Shown: positions 24,788 to 38,027, numbered from the whole stretch's first letter. The stretch: DNA of 62,568 bases, filler included, from Asterionella formosa (GCA_002256025.1; 14 parts of 14 records of this genome joined end to end with filler, not necessarily neighbours in it); one strand, 5' to 3'. Numbers and translations are program-made. The notes: generated by a model from the letters alone, not told the origin.

Positions 24788-26684
24788 TCAGCGGTTGTAT
24801 GGAACGGCACCAAAACCCACTCCAAATCCACGTTGGAGGGGAGGGGGGCCTTGTCCGTGAATTACCAAAGCTCCAGCATGAACAGAATCAGGGTGAAACA
24901 ATTGAGGAGGAGCCTTCATAATTTCGGAAGGGTCTTTCAAAGTTGTGCCGGTCTTGACATTTTGAATTTGGCCCAATGTTGCTCCCGATCCGACTAGACC
25001 CTTAGCGACAGGTGGGAGTCCCCGAGATTTTCCACTCTTTTTCATGGCCATCTTTTCTTCCTCTTGCTTCATCATAGTGAGTCGCATTGCTTTCTCTGCT
25101 GGGGCAGTAAGATCATCAAAATTAACAAGGTTTTGCATTGCCTTTTCAAGTTCAGTAACTGGTCCTTTATTAGAATCCTCGCCGTCCACGGTAAGTGCAA
25201 GGGGGGCACTCATACTTAGGACGGGCGTGGTAGAATTTGTTGAGAAAGTAGGAGTAGCAACTTGGGAAGCAGCACCGTTTTGGGGTGTTCCAAAGTCCGG
25301 TTGACTGGGTGCAGCGCCAGTAGGGGTAGAGGGAGGAGCATAAGCGCCAAGAATCTAGAATAGAGAGAGGGTTAGGCGATTAGTTTCATAGGTTGATCTA
25401 AGAATCGGACCATGAAACTAGCCAAACTTACTGCATTGTGAATATCGTATTGAGTCGGCGGTGGAGCAGCCTTTGGCGCGAAAGGATCATCATACGAGTG
25501 TTGGACCGGGGCAAGCAAGGGGTTTGGGGCCGACGCAAATGATTGGGCATCCGGCGAGAATGAACTCTGGTAACCATTCCCATAGCTCTGAGGCGACCCG
25601 AACGGAGGAGGCTGAGCGTATGGAGGGGGTTGTGCATATGAAGTAGGGGGCTGTGCGTATGGTGCAGGAGCCGGAGGACCATACCCCGTTGGCTGGCCAT
25701 AAGGAACCATAGCACCCATCTGTGCGGGAGGGGTTTGACCGTAAGGAGCTGGAGGAGGCTGGCTGTACGAATCGTAAGTGATATACTGTGCAGGGGGAGG
25801 AGCAGGTGCGGCACTATCGAACCCCAAGAGATCAACATTATCCTGAGAAGCAGTAGGCGCCGGAACCGGGGCGATCTGATTAGCAGAATATCCTCTAGAC
25901 GATCCGGAATAGCTATTTCCATCATTTCCTCCTCTATTCAAATGCCGACGCGACTCCTCCAGCGACAATTGAATTGCACGTTGGATGTCGTTATCTTCGG
26001 ACCCTCCCCGCGAACTTCCTTCAATTCGATAATGGCCAGTGTCTCCTGGATTGCGTGCAACAGCTTGCGGTGCCCCGCGAAGACCCAGCTCAAATACCTT
26101 GGGCATTAAGAAGAATGACTGACCATCAATCGACAAGTCGTACTGGCGAAAGCCTACCGTTGCACTCAAGGGAGGAGTCGCATGAGCCATGATCTTCATG
26201 ACGTGGTTTCCGCGCATGGACCAACTGAAATCGAGAACGGAGGATCGGTTTGTGGAGAAGTGCACTTCCTGCCCGTCCATGGTGATTTGACGCTTTCCAG
26301 AAGTAACTGACCAAACGATCGTGACGTCGTGCTCCTCTCCGCGGCAAGCCGTTCCAGTGAGTCCTTCTTCCAAAGCCTTCTTGTTCGTGAACCCCCATCG
26401 CCAGCGAATGCGTCGCTTGGTAGTGGCTGCATATAAGTGGACGCAAGGGGGAGGCCAGTCGCATTAGACATGGAAGAAAAAGCGTTTCAAACCATTCAGA
26501 ACACCAAATTTCCTCACTCACCAATTCGCTTGCCAGCCGATTGCGCGGTAAAATCGATCTGATAAATCGGAAAGCGAGAGGAATGGCCCGATGGTGCGGC
26601 AGGGGGATAGTGCCCAATATCACTGGCAAGGGAGGGATACTCCTGCGAAGGAGGACCTTGAGTAGGAGGATAGGCGAACGACAT
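24788..26684 (-). CDS. Protein with FAIM-like beta domain, UIM, Pro/Tyr-rich region and clathrin-box-like motifs. Exons 26684-26522, 26426-25432 and 25354-24788
   Basis: Two GT-AG introns restore one reading frame across three ORFs. The domain reads HDVTIVWSVTSGKRQITMDGQEV...RQYDLSIDGQSF and the UIM-like helix reads EDNDIQRAIQLSLEES. Gene structure is confident; function is inferred. Confidence 0.8.
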
Positions 26685-27321
26685 AGTGGCTGGAGGCGAT
26701 GTGGACAATTGAATCTATATGAGTCGGGAGGATGCCTTGTTGTTCACCCCTTTGTCCAATGATGCCGGTGTGCTGCATTTACCTGTTGCTTGGTNNNNNN
26801 NNNNNNNNNNNNNNNNNNNNNNNNNNNNNNNNNNNNNNTTAATTAATTAANNNNNNNNNNNNNNNNNNNNNNNNNNNNNNNNNNNNNNNNNNNNCAATTC
26901 CATCGTATCCTCTTGCTTCACTTACCACAAATCAATGCAACTGATGCATAAGTCTGTAATAGTAACTTGTCAGTAAATTCTTGAATAAGTAAGTTTCGGG
27001 TATCCAATGTTGTTGAATAAAACTTACCGGTACATTTTTGTCATCTTAACTTTGAGAGAAGGTAAACGTTTTGTCAGTTTTGTTCCAACAGAAGTGAATA
27101 GGTCCAACAAGCGACAAGAGCACTTACGCAATTTGGTTTTGTTTTACATTGGTGCTCCCCAACAAGCGAAACGAGCTGTTAAATCAACTGAGAAAAAAGG
27201 AAATGTGGCTGCGTTTAGTTAACAATTTGTTGTTGTCCTGCCTGCCTCCCAACGATTGTCATCCAAGTACCACATTGATGGCTTCATTACCTTAAACATT
27301 CTCCATCCTTCGAAGGCCAAA

Positions 27322-27606
27322 TGTTGAATATGTGTAACGGACATGTCGGTAACGGTTACACCAATTACAACGATATTGACAATGACCGCACCAACCATGC
27401 CAGCATGCAAGCTAACGAACAAGAGTGGATCACAGCTGAACCAAGGAATATCAGGATTAGAGATAGTGTGTCTGGTACCAGCGAAACTGGCTCACTTTAA
27501 TTTAATTATTTGGTTTTATAAACGATACCATCCCGGTGTGCTTTTTATCGTCGGATTCGTTGTTTTATGGACACGAAGACATATTGAAAACATTGTGGTT
27601 TCAACA
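27322..27606 (+). mobile_element. 5' LTR (285 bp) of CoDi-like Copia element A
   Basis: Terminal inverted repeat TGTTGAA...TTCAACA, ending 23 nt before the gag ATG at 27630. Confidence 0.8.
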
Positions 27607-27629
27607 TAATTAAATTAAAGTTAAATAAG

Positions 27630-30600
27630 ATGGACAAGGTGAAAACAGAAGGTGGGGACGCCGACACGAAGGTTGACAAGGATTTCGGCATTGATGCCAA
27701 GAAAAGAGGTCGCTTCAACTTCGGAAAGCAACAGGCATCCCGGACACCAGCCGCAACGAAATTCGAAGGCAAATGCAACGAATTAAGAGGAAATGTGTAT
27801 GACTGCTCGGATATGAAGCAAGTAGACCTATTCGCAAAGACGACGAAGGAGATTGCAGGTTTCGTAGGGCGCACCTACAAATACGGTGGTGACATACGAT
27901 TGGTGGTTGAGAACCTTGAGATGGTCAGCATCACTACACCTAAGGATCCACCAAAGGATTCTACACGCACAGAGGAACGAATTTGGGAGAAAGAAGTGGA
28001 TGAGTTTGTAAAGAGATCAACATACCTCAAAGAAAACATCAAGACACTATACTCCCTTGTATGGGGACAATGCACGGATATAATGCAGCAGAAGGTTGAG
28101 GCCACGGACATATTTGACACAATGTCAATGGAAGGCAATGGTTTGATTCTCCTTAAAATCATCAAGGACGTCAACTATAACTTCCAAAGCCAGAAATACC
28201 TGCCTCACTCCCTATACGAATCCAAACGCAGGTTCTATATGTGTGTCCAGGGACGAAACATGACGACACAGGTCTACCTAGAACACTTCCAGAACATGCT
28301 AGATGTTATTGATCACAGCGGAGGGACCATTGCTGGCGACTCAGGAATCGAGAACATGATTCTGAATGAAAAGACAACTAGCAAGGAGAACATGAATGAT
28401 CAACAGTTAAGTGAACTCAAGGCAGAGGTACTCAAGCGATTCACAGCAGTAGCATTCCTAGTAGGAGCTGATCGTGTACGCTACGGCCGTCTGGTTGATA
28501 ATATGGAGAACGACTTCCTACAAGGACGAAACAACTATCCCGAGACCGTCAGTGCAGCCTACCATCTACTAACAAACTGGAAGCAGGATCCACGGCATGG
28601 GCTACACGAAGTAGGGGCAGTTGGTGATGGCGTATCCTTTCACAATGTGAATGACAAAGATGGAACGACACTGAACAACAACAGCGAGAATGGCGCGCGG
28701 AAAAGGCCAAAAGGAAAGGCACACATCATGTGCCACCGATGCCAAAAGAAGGGGCACTACGCTACGGAATGTGAGGAGCCTGCACCTGTCCCTAGGAATT
28801 TGACCACCAGTACTCCTCCCACAGCTGAAACGACATCAACCCAGTCCGCCACCACACTACTAATGGATGGTGTGCATGAGGGAGAATTCGAGGAAAATGT
28901 ACACTTCCAATTTCTAAATCAAGGAGGAGTGAGTCTGAAAATTGGGCCCGATGGAAGGCTACCACGTACATGGATACTATTAGACAATCAGTCAACAGTT
29001 GATGTGTTCCATAACGCGGAACTCCTACGCAACATCCGTGTCCACACCAGTAAGATGGATATCCACTGCAACGCTGGTATAATCAGCACCCAACTCGTCT
29101 CATAGGAGACCTTCATGGATATGGAACAGTATGGTACAACCCAAAGGGAATCGCGAACATCCTGTCCCTCGCATGTGTCAAGGAGCATGGATACAGGGTA
29201 ACATTTGATAGCAGCCAGGGCAATGCATTCCATGTTCACAAACCTGACGGAACCTATAGAGTGTTCAAAGAATCAATGAAAGGCCTATACTACATGGATA
29301 CAAAGGATCGCTCTGGAGTCACCCTTATCAATACGGTAGACGATAACCGTACTAGCTACTCCCAACGTGACTACTCACAAGCTGTGCTAGCCCGAAAGAT
29401 ACAGAAGATTATTGGGCGTCCTAGTACCCGCACATTCATCAAGATTGTCGAGAACAACCTGTTCCCAAACTGCCCAATCACACGCGATGACATTATAGCG
29501 GCAGAACAAATCTTCGGGCCCGATGTGGGCTCGCTAAAAGGAAAAACAGTGCACCGTAGTTCAGTGCCAGTGAGGACCAACTCTACCACCATCCCCGCCG
29601 GGATTATCGACAAGTACCGTGTCGTGACACTTGCAGGTGACATCATGTTTGTCAACATTATGCCCTTCCTTGTCACCATATCAAGACACATCAAATTTAG
29701 CATGGGCTCCTCGAAAACCGATGGCTACCAACAATAATCAAGGCCATTGACAATGTGCGCAAACTCTACATAAAAAGAGGTTTCCAAATCGAAACAATCA
29801 TCATGGATGGACAATTTGACGGACTGCGGGCCAACTTAGCCGAAATGGGAATGACACTCAACAGTTCTGCAAATGACGAGCATGTCCCTGAGGTTGAATG
29901 CCACATTCGCACACTTAAAGAACGAGTGCGATCTGTCTACAACATGTTACCATTTGCCAAAATGCCAGCTCGTATGATTATCGAGCTTGTCTATTATTGT
30001 GGGTTCTGGCTAAACAGTTTCCCAGCCCACGGTGGAATATCTCCTACTCTCAGTCCACGCACTATAATTGCAGGCATGACCATTGACTACAACCATCACT
30101 GTAAACTTGAGTTTGGAACATACGCACAAGTCCACGAGGAACACGATAACAGCATGACTGCACGCACGGTTGGGGCCATTGCCCTACGCCCAACAGGAAA
30201 CCACCAGGGCGGACACTTCTTTTTCAGCCTAAGCACAGGTCGCGTCCTAAACCGCAGCCATTGGACTGTGCTGCCAATGCCCACTGATGTTATCGATCGC
30301 GTTCACAAAATGTCATGTCGGGATGAAACTGAAGTCACCCTATACTTTGCCACAAAACGCGGTCAGATTGAAGATGAGATGCATGACGATGTTGACGATG
30401 ACCCCTTTGATCCAGCCAACAATGACAATACTGACGAAGATGATGACGACAACGCTGATGCCGCAGCACCCGTCCACATCGTAGGAGTGAATGACAATAG
30501 CGATGTAGAAGGTGTAGAAGATGGAGACGAATACGATCTCGAAGCCACGGAACCAGGCAACGAACTAAACGAAAACACTGCCGAACTCAACGATGAAGAA

Positions 30601-31142
30601 GAAGTCGACAAGGAACCCAACCCGCCTGATAATGATGAACCAAGAGCTGACAACAGCGATGTAGATGGTGAAGACAAACACGATCCCGAAGCCACGGAAC
30701 CAGGCAACGGAATAAACGAAGACACTGCCAAACCCAACAATGAAGAAGAGGTCGATGAGGAACCCAGTATCGAACAACGGATTCAACAAATGGACGCCGC
30801 ATATGGCCAGAGACAACACCAATACGATCTGCGGGCTCGCAAGCCTTGCGACTATAGTCACCTACATGTCATACTAGAAGTCACCGTCATGACCCAACAC
30901 AACATAAAGAAAGGGCTAAAAGTATTCGGCGAAGCCGGTGTGGAGGCTGTGCTTAAGGAATTGAACCAATTACATGAACGTGGAGTACTCAAACCAACAA
31001 AAAACTTATCACATGAGCAGCGCACGGATGCACTACAATACCTCATGTTTTTGAAACAAAAACGCAATGGAACAATTAAGGGCCGTGGCTGTGCTGATGG
31101 TCGGAAGCAACGTCAGTACACAACTAAGGAAGAAGCTACATC
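27630..31142 (+). mobile_element. CoDi-like Ty1/Copia polyprotein (gag, protease, integrase, start of RT), degenerate
   Basis: CCHC knuckle CHRCQKKGHYATEC, protease WILLDNQSTVDVF, integrase DIMFV/MDGQF/EHVPEVE, RT start KGRGCADGRKQR. Frameshifts near 29090 and 29705. RT is cut off at about 31142. Confidence 0.93.
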
Positions 31143-31260
31143 TAAGACGCGAAATACGCCACTTTTCGAAATTTCGTCTACGTATGAGTGTTAATTATGT
31201 GGTACTTCACATGCATTAATGCCACTCTTCACGTAAAAAAGATTACTTTTAACTGTTTCA
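31143..31260 (+). repeat. 118-bp dispersed repeat that truncates the Copia RT. Inverted copy at 46549-46666
   Basis: Reverse-complement match with 3 mismatches in 118 nt. Confidence 0.9.
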
Positions 31261-31371
31261 TGTGAAGTTTTNNNNNNNNNNNNNNNNNNNNNNNNNNNNN
31301 NNNNNNNNNNNNNNNTTAATTAATTAANNNNNNNNNNNNNNNNNNNNNNNNNNNNNNNNNNNNNNNNNNNN

Positions 31372-33001
31372 CTAACCGCTCCCGAAAAAGCAACTTTACG
31401 AGCTGCCGAAGATAATCCAATAGAATACACGCTCGCCAAAGGAGACGAAGCAAAGGCTTGTGCTCGCGTGTTGATCAAGGTATTGGCGCAAGCGTCTGGG
31501 CCCAGTGGTCCCTCCTTGAAAGTATCTCGTGTGACGGAGCTGCTGCCTGATGCCGAAGCCATGCCTTTGATTCACTCGGACCCGATGGGAGTTATGACCC
31601 ATTTTGTCATTGCTAAATTGTATGAAGTGATTGTGTGCTTGAAGGAAATGAAAGAAGGGTCTCTTGTTTGCATTGGAAGTGTATTTTACAATGATGATGG
31701 AGTACTGAATGAGGATTGGAGGCCACTTTTGCGTATCCTTCACCTTGGTGGAGCTGGAGATCCGTTTGCGCAGAGTGAGTGATAATCATTTGTGTCTTTT
31801 AAATGGCTTGCAAGCATTCAATATAGCTCTGACATTTATAATACTCCGAAAAATAAGGAGGTGCTTCGCTTTGCCTTTGTTACATTTTAATAGCTGGCTG
31901 TGCATCGCAAAAGTTGCGGGCAACACAAACTGGACCAAAATTGAAAAGCTCATCCGTGGAAGAACCGTTGCAGGCGTTGGTGACATGGGTTGCTTCCCAG
32001 CTACAATCATCGGCGTCCTCATCATTGACTCTTGTATCACCCACTTTGATGGTACTCATGGGGGTTCCCGAAGCACGGAAATCATTTCAAAACTGTGGTG
32101 GTATCGGGTACATCTCGCGACACTTGAGGGTTCGAAATGGTGCTGTGGTGAAACGGGGAAAAGAAACTCATACTGGAGCATCGGTACAGCAACTCTATGA
32201 ACTTTGCTATTGTCTATGGACGCTAACCTATGAATTACATGAGTCCGTGTCGGTCCGAACACACTTTGCTCGCGATGGAGCTATCCCTGCCCTTGTGGAT
32301 TTGGTGGCTGTCGCTCCAAGAGAAAAGGTGGTTCGAGTTGCCTTATCAGCCTTGAGCAACCTAGCAGATTACAAAATAATTGCTAGTGACGAAGGTATTT
32401 CTGAAGGGGGGGAAAAGAAGCAAGTCAATTCGGCAACATTTCTTACCGAAATGATTGGATGTGGATTGATCAAGTCGATTGATTTGATGAAGGAGCGTCA
32501 GTGGACAGATCCCGATATGGTGGCAGGTAAGAATGTGTGTCAGATGCCCTGTAATGCATGCATAAATATCCACTTACGAGATTGTTGATGACAGACCTGG
32601 ACAAGTTACATACTCTGTTGCACGACAACTTCAATGAAATGACAACGTGGGATGTTTACGAAGCAGAAGTTGAGTCAGGTCACTTGTCATGGGGAATTTT
32701 ACATACAGCAACGTTTTTCAAAGAAAATGCCAGGGCAATGGAGGGGCCCGATGGCAACTTTAGAGTAGTTCGATTGTTGACAAAGTTGGTACTAAGTGAT
32801 GACGACGAAGTCGCAGCCGTCGCTTGCTTCGATATCGGCGAGTTTAGTCGTCATTATCCCAATGGTCGAATAATTGCCAAGAGACTTGGTGCAAAGGATG
32901 TGGTGATGGGAATGATTGACCACGAAAACGTAGAGCTTCAACGGCAGGCATTGTCATGTGTATCCAAAATGTTGGTGCAAAACTGGGAAGCAGTGAAATA
33001 G
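31372..33001 (+). CDS. ATP6V1H: V-type proton ATPase subunit H, 5'-truncated. Exons ...31774, 31858-32526 and 32595-33001
   Basis: QQLYELCYCLWTLTY, REKVVRVALSAL, W.DPD, Y..EVESGHLSWGILH...FFKENA, AVACFDIGEFSRHYPNGR, LGAKDVVM, ALSCVSKML. Both GT-AG introns keep the frame. Confidence 0.95.
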
Positions 33002-33820
33002 ACTTCTGCCCTTCTTTCAACCATAAACATATACCTAGGACATTTAATTAAGGTGTAATTAAACAGCTGTATATATTCTTCGTATCGTAGATAGATATAT
33101 GTGTTGTACAATGTATTGTGGGATGTGGAACACCTGGAAAAAGTTGCAGATCATTTCATTCTGCCTTCCCTATCGTAATTCGCATTGCTAATAGCTGTAC
33201 CGTAATAGGGTTGGCTGACCATTGTGGTTGTGTCATGCATTTCGCATGCATGATTCTTACTGGTATCATAATCTTCGGAACCTGGTAGCAGGTACCAGTA
33301 CCTNNNNNNNNNNNNNNNNNNNNNNNNNNNNNNNNNNNNNNNNNNNNNNNNNNNNNNNNNNNNNNNNNNNNNNNNNNNNNNNNNNNNNNNNNNNNNNNNN
33401 NNNNNNNNNNNNNNNNNNNNNNNNNNNNNNNNNNNNNNNNNNNNNNNNNNNNNNNNNNNNNNNNNNNNNNNNNNNNNNNNNNNNNNNNNNNNNNNNNNNN
33501 NNNNNNNNNNNNNNNNNNNNNNNNNNNNNNNNNNNNNNNNNNNNNNNNNNNNNNNNNNNNNNNNNNNNNNNNNNNNNNNNNNNNNNNNNNNNNNNNNNNN
33601 NNNNNNNNNNNNNNNNNNNNNNNNNNNNNNNNNNNNNNNNNNNNNNNNNNNNNNNNNNNNNNNNNNNNNNNNNNNNNNNNNNNNNNNNNNNNNNNNNNNN
33701 NNNNNNNNNNNNNNNNNNNNNNNNNNNNNNNNNNNNNNNNNNNNNNNNNNNNNNNNNNNNNNNNNNNNNNNNNNNNNNNNNNNNNNNNNNNNNNNNNNNN
33801 NNNNNNNNNNNNNNNNNNNT

Positions 33821-34540
33821 TGGCAATCTTTTCTAACCAGAAAGTATGATCTGTAATTCATAATCAAGTTCGATTTGTTTACCTTCCACGTTTGATCAAG
33901 AAAGCATATTTATCATAGTACTATGATAAATGGTGTCACTGATATGAGAAAATGAATCATCTAATTGTTTTATTATATGTACCATAGTATTGATGTCTAC
34001 ATAAAAATCAGTGATGTCACTTACATTACTCCCAATTGGTGCCTCCAAATCGGTGTCACCAAATTGGTATTTCCAAATTGGTGCCACCAAATTGATAGTG
34101 TCAAGTCGGTAGCAAAGAGCGAGTTATGGATACCAATTTGGAGACCCAATTTGTAGTAAAAATAAATTGATACCGATTTAGATCCAAATTGGTAACAACG
34201 TTTCCAACCCTAACCCTAACGCCAAAATTAGAACCCGATTTGGAAACCAAATTTGTAGTTTAAAAAAATTGTCACCAAATTGGTAGCAATGCTTCAAACC
34301 CAAACCCTAATGCTGATAATGAATATCGATCGATTTGGAAACCCGATTGGTAGTTTCAAAAAAATTGATACCAATTTGGATCCAAATTTGGTAGCAACGT
34401 TTCCAACCCTAATGCCAAAAAAAGATACCAAATTGGCAGGAAAAATAAATACATTAGCTAAGGCTTAGCATATCTAACAATTTTTTTCCCAAATTGGCAT
34501 CAAAAATACCGATTTGGCAATAATCCCAATTTGGATTTTG
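33821..34540. repeat. Array of CCAA(A)TTGG palindromic units with AACCCT telomere-like hexamers (transposon subterminal-like)
   Basis: Many CCAAATTGG/CCAATTTGG/CCGATTTGG units. AACCCTAACCCTAAC at 34206-34220. Confidence 0.7.
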
Positions 34541-35049
34541 GACATGACATGCAACAATGCCCATAATCAAACTTTTCCAGTTTTCCGAGTTCGTTGTTAA
34601 AGCGAAAACTTGTTTTGCTAGTTTCTCCGATTTTTTTGATGAGGCTTGTCAATATACCCTATATTACTTTTTAAGATTAGTTCATAGTAATCATCGGTCA
34701 AATTGATATGATACCAAGAAAAATCAATTAACTCAGCAAAGGTAGTGACTTTCAAACAACCATGGCGGTAACTTTTAAGACCACCACTACGGATTTAAAA
34801 ACAATCTTGAAAGGCAACAGGCCTGTCTATTTGGATTCATTTCAGACTATGTACGACTGTTACAGTAAATGGTTGAATATAGGGAAAGTATAGTGGAACC
34901 AGAATTTACTAGCTTCGTCGCATATTTTTCATATATCATGGTATGACAGTATGTCATATTCACTAGTAAAGCTGCACTATTTCTAGTCGAAAATCAATCA
35001 AACAATCAAATCGCCGTTGAGTAGTATTATACTGACAATGTATTTCTTA

Positions 35050-35400
35050 ATGAAATCGTAGATGTGATTATCATTATGATGCCTTGTGTTGGTTCTTGGC
35101 AGTGCAATCTTCTGGTGCCATTGAGCCTGTTGGTTGTTGGTTGTTGGTTGTTGCGTGTTGTGGACGGTTGTGTGTGTCGTGAAAACAGTCTTGTTCTTGA
35201 TTTAGTAGATGTCATTGTTGTTGCGGCGCTCATTTTGCCTTGTGTTGATTCTTGGCAGTGAGATCTTCTGGCATCATTTTCACTTTGTTGCTTGTGTGCT
35301 TGTTGGTTGTTGCTTGTTGCTTGTTATGGGCGCTTGTTGTCTCTTGTGTGTACTGAAAACAGTCCTCTTGTTCTTGATTTTGTAGATGTTGTTTGTTCCT
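35050..35400. repeat. Degenerate GTT-rich tandem repeat, unit about 150-175 bp
   Basis: GCCTTGTGTTG.TTCTTGGCAGTG..ATCTTCTGG and TGAAAACAGTC..TTGTTCTTGATTT.GTAGATGT each occur twice. Confidence 0.7.
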
Positions 35401-38027
35401 GTTGTGGCGCTTGTGATACCATTTGATGTTCTGTTGGTGACATTTCCATGGTGGCACTTGTTGGTTGTTGGATGAAGTGAGTGCTGAGGTGCTTGTATAA
35501 ATCTGTTGATTGTCGTTTACAATAGCTGCATTCAAATACAGACAACTATACATGTGCTCTGGTGAGGAGTAAAATTATATCTACATAAAGCAATGTAGAT
35601 ATAAACGTCTTCATTCTTTTTGAACTGGAACTCTATCAATGTGGTGCCAATTTCTACTACATAGTTTAAAAATTACGAACTATATTTGTATCATGGGAAT
35701 ACACAGAAACAACTTCCCTGTTCCACAGCAATTTTACAACCCTNNNNNNNNNNNNNNNNNNNNNNNNNNNNNNNNNNNNNNNNNNNNTTAATTAATTAAN
35801 NNNNNNNNNNNNNNNNNNNNNNNNNNNNNNNNNNNNNNNNNNNAAGCAACTCACTTACCGGTACTTCATGCATACGGTAGGCAGGTGAATCCTTTTGGTG
35901 ATTTCATGAAAAAATCTCGTAGGTGGTACTGTTTCAGGTACCTGGTACAAGTAGTCGCGCCGAGAGGTCGCAGCTGATGTTCTCCATTTAGGTAGAGGAG
36001 TAAAATACTGGTAAGCACAATGACGTCGTTGCATATATTGTTATTGACAAAAACGAATCTGTTCGGACACTCAGTGAATCTATTGACGGAAATACTTTCT
36101 TATACCTGCTGTACATATATATATATATGAACACACACATATATATATAAGTTGTTTCCAGCTGAATGGAGTAAAAATTAGCTTTTTCATTTCATTTCTC
36201 GTCGTCAGCAAACCTTTGGGACTAAATACGGAAGAGGGTGCGCTCTCTGATATCAAAAAATTATTATTATATCACGTGTGTATGATTAAAACACAAATTA
36301 TTTTGGCGATTTTGTTATGTAATAATGTCATCACGCTCTCATAATAAAGAAATTTTAGATTAGTGATCTGACATTTTTATATAAATTATGCCATCATGAG
36401 TGAACTTAAAACAGGAGACAGAGAAATAGAAATTTCAGCAAGAAGCAAGCCTCTCATCCACAAATCAGGTCAACAGAACTTTCACAACAAGGTGTTGCCT
36501 TCCACTAGTGACTTTTCACTCCAAAATGAAGACATTCAGAGGAACTTGCATCGTTTGTTTGCCCATGCTATGGACTGAGCCCAACCTATTCTTGCTTTTC
36601 AACAACAAGTCTTATCAATCCCCATAGGGATGCAGGTGAAATCAATCATGTTTTCGATGAAATTAAAAGTCAATTCCATCAAAGGCAAGAGTGATTGGCA
36701 GCAAGCCCAACTTATTACTGACTTTCAACAACAAGATTGTTTCAATTACCATCATGGGGACGGAGGTGAAATCAATCCAGTTTTTGATGACATTTGAAAA
36801 TCAATTTCAACAGCTGCAAGAGAAATTAGCAGCAAATCCAAATGTTTTGCAGCCTTGTAGATGGAGATGATGAGGTACCAGGAGTGGAGAGGTTCAGTGG
36901 ACTGTGTTTTGTCTGGAAAATAAGTTCCACGCAGCAGACGCCATTGTACAAAGGATGGTACAGTAACAAAGGTCTGTGCATAGTGAACCTGATATCTTCA
37001 TTTACAAGCACAGCAAATGAATTTTAGTTGATGGCAGTGTTGACGATGTAGTGACATTAAAGCTAGCAAATAAATGTATAGAATGATATAATGCGCTCAG
37101 TTTCTTCATTTCGCCTTATAGTCATCAATTAGTACAGACATTGCACTTGATTTGATAGTGGCTGCAACCACTAAGATTGTATTGCAGGTGGATTGTGAGC
37201 AAGAAGACATGATCACAACAAAACTGGAAGCAGACGATTGATAATACCTTTAGGATGATCAATGTGTATATGTATATGCATACTGACATCTTTTTTGGTA
37301 AGAGCAAGCCATTTCAGGTATTAGCAAGCAAGTCTTGAAATATTACAAGAAATTATATGTAGTCATTTATGCCTATATATCTACTTATATAATACACTGT
37401 TATTTTTAACTGTACAAAAAATTGTCGAGGTGCAAACCGGAGTTACCAAATTTAGTCAACACAACCAGGNNNNNNNNNNNNNNNNNNNNNNNNNNNNNNN
37501 NNNNNNNNNNNNNNNNNNNNNNNNNNNNNNNNNNNNNNNNNNNNNNNNNNNNNNNNNNNNNNNNNNNNNNNNNNNNNNNNNNNNNNNNNNNNNNNNNNNN
37601 NNNNNNNNNNNNNNNNNNNNNNNNNNNNNNNNNNNNNNNNNNNNNNNNNNNNNNNNNNNNNNNNNNNNNNNNNNNNNNNNNNNNNNNNNNNNNNNNNNNN
37701 NNNNNNNNNNNNNNNNNNNNNNNNNNNNNNNNNNNNNNNNNNNNNNNNNNNNNNNNNNNNNNNNNNNNNNNNNNNNNNNNNNNNNNNNNNNNNNNNNNNN
37801 NNNNNNNNNNNNNNNNNNNNNNNNNNNNNNNNNNNNNNNNNNNNNNNNNNNNNNNNNNNNNNNNNNNNNNNNNNNNNNNNNNNNNNNNACACACACACAC
37901 ACAAACACACAATAATAGATCACCATAGTTTCTATGAATAGTTCCTATTGTGGGTTTCATTGTTTTCCAATACTTGATATTAAAAAAATAATAAATCCCT
38001 CCTTGTTGACAGTCACTACTAGAAGTA

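Noticed and set aside
36826..37011. Possible Harbinger transposase fragments (also 14700-14990 and 59554-59742)
   Set aside because: Too degraded to support a call from sequence alone.
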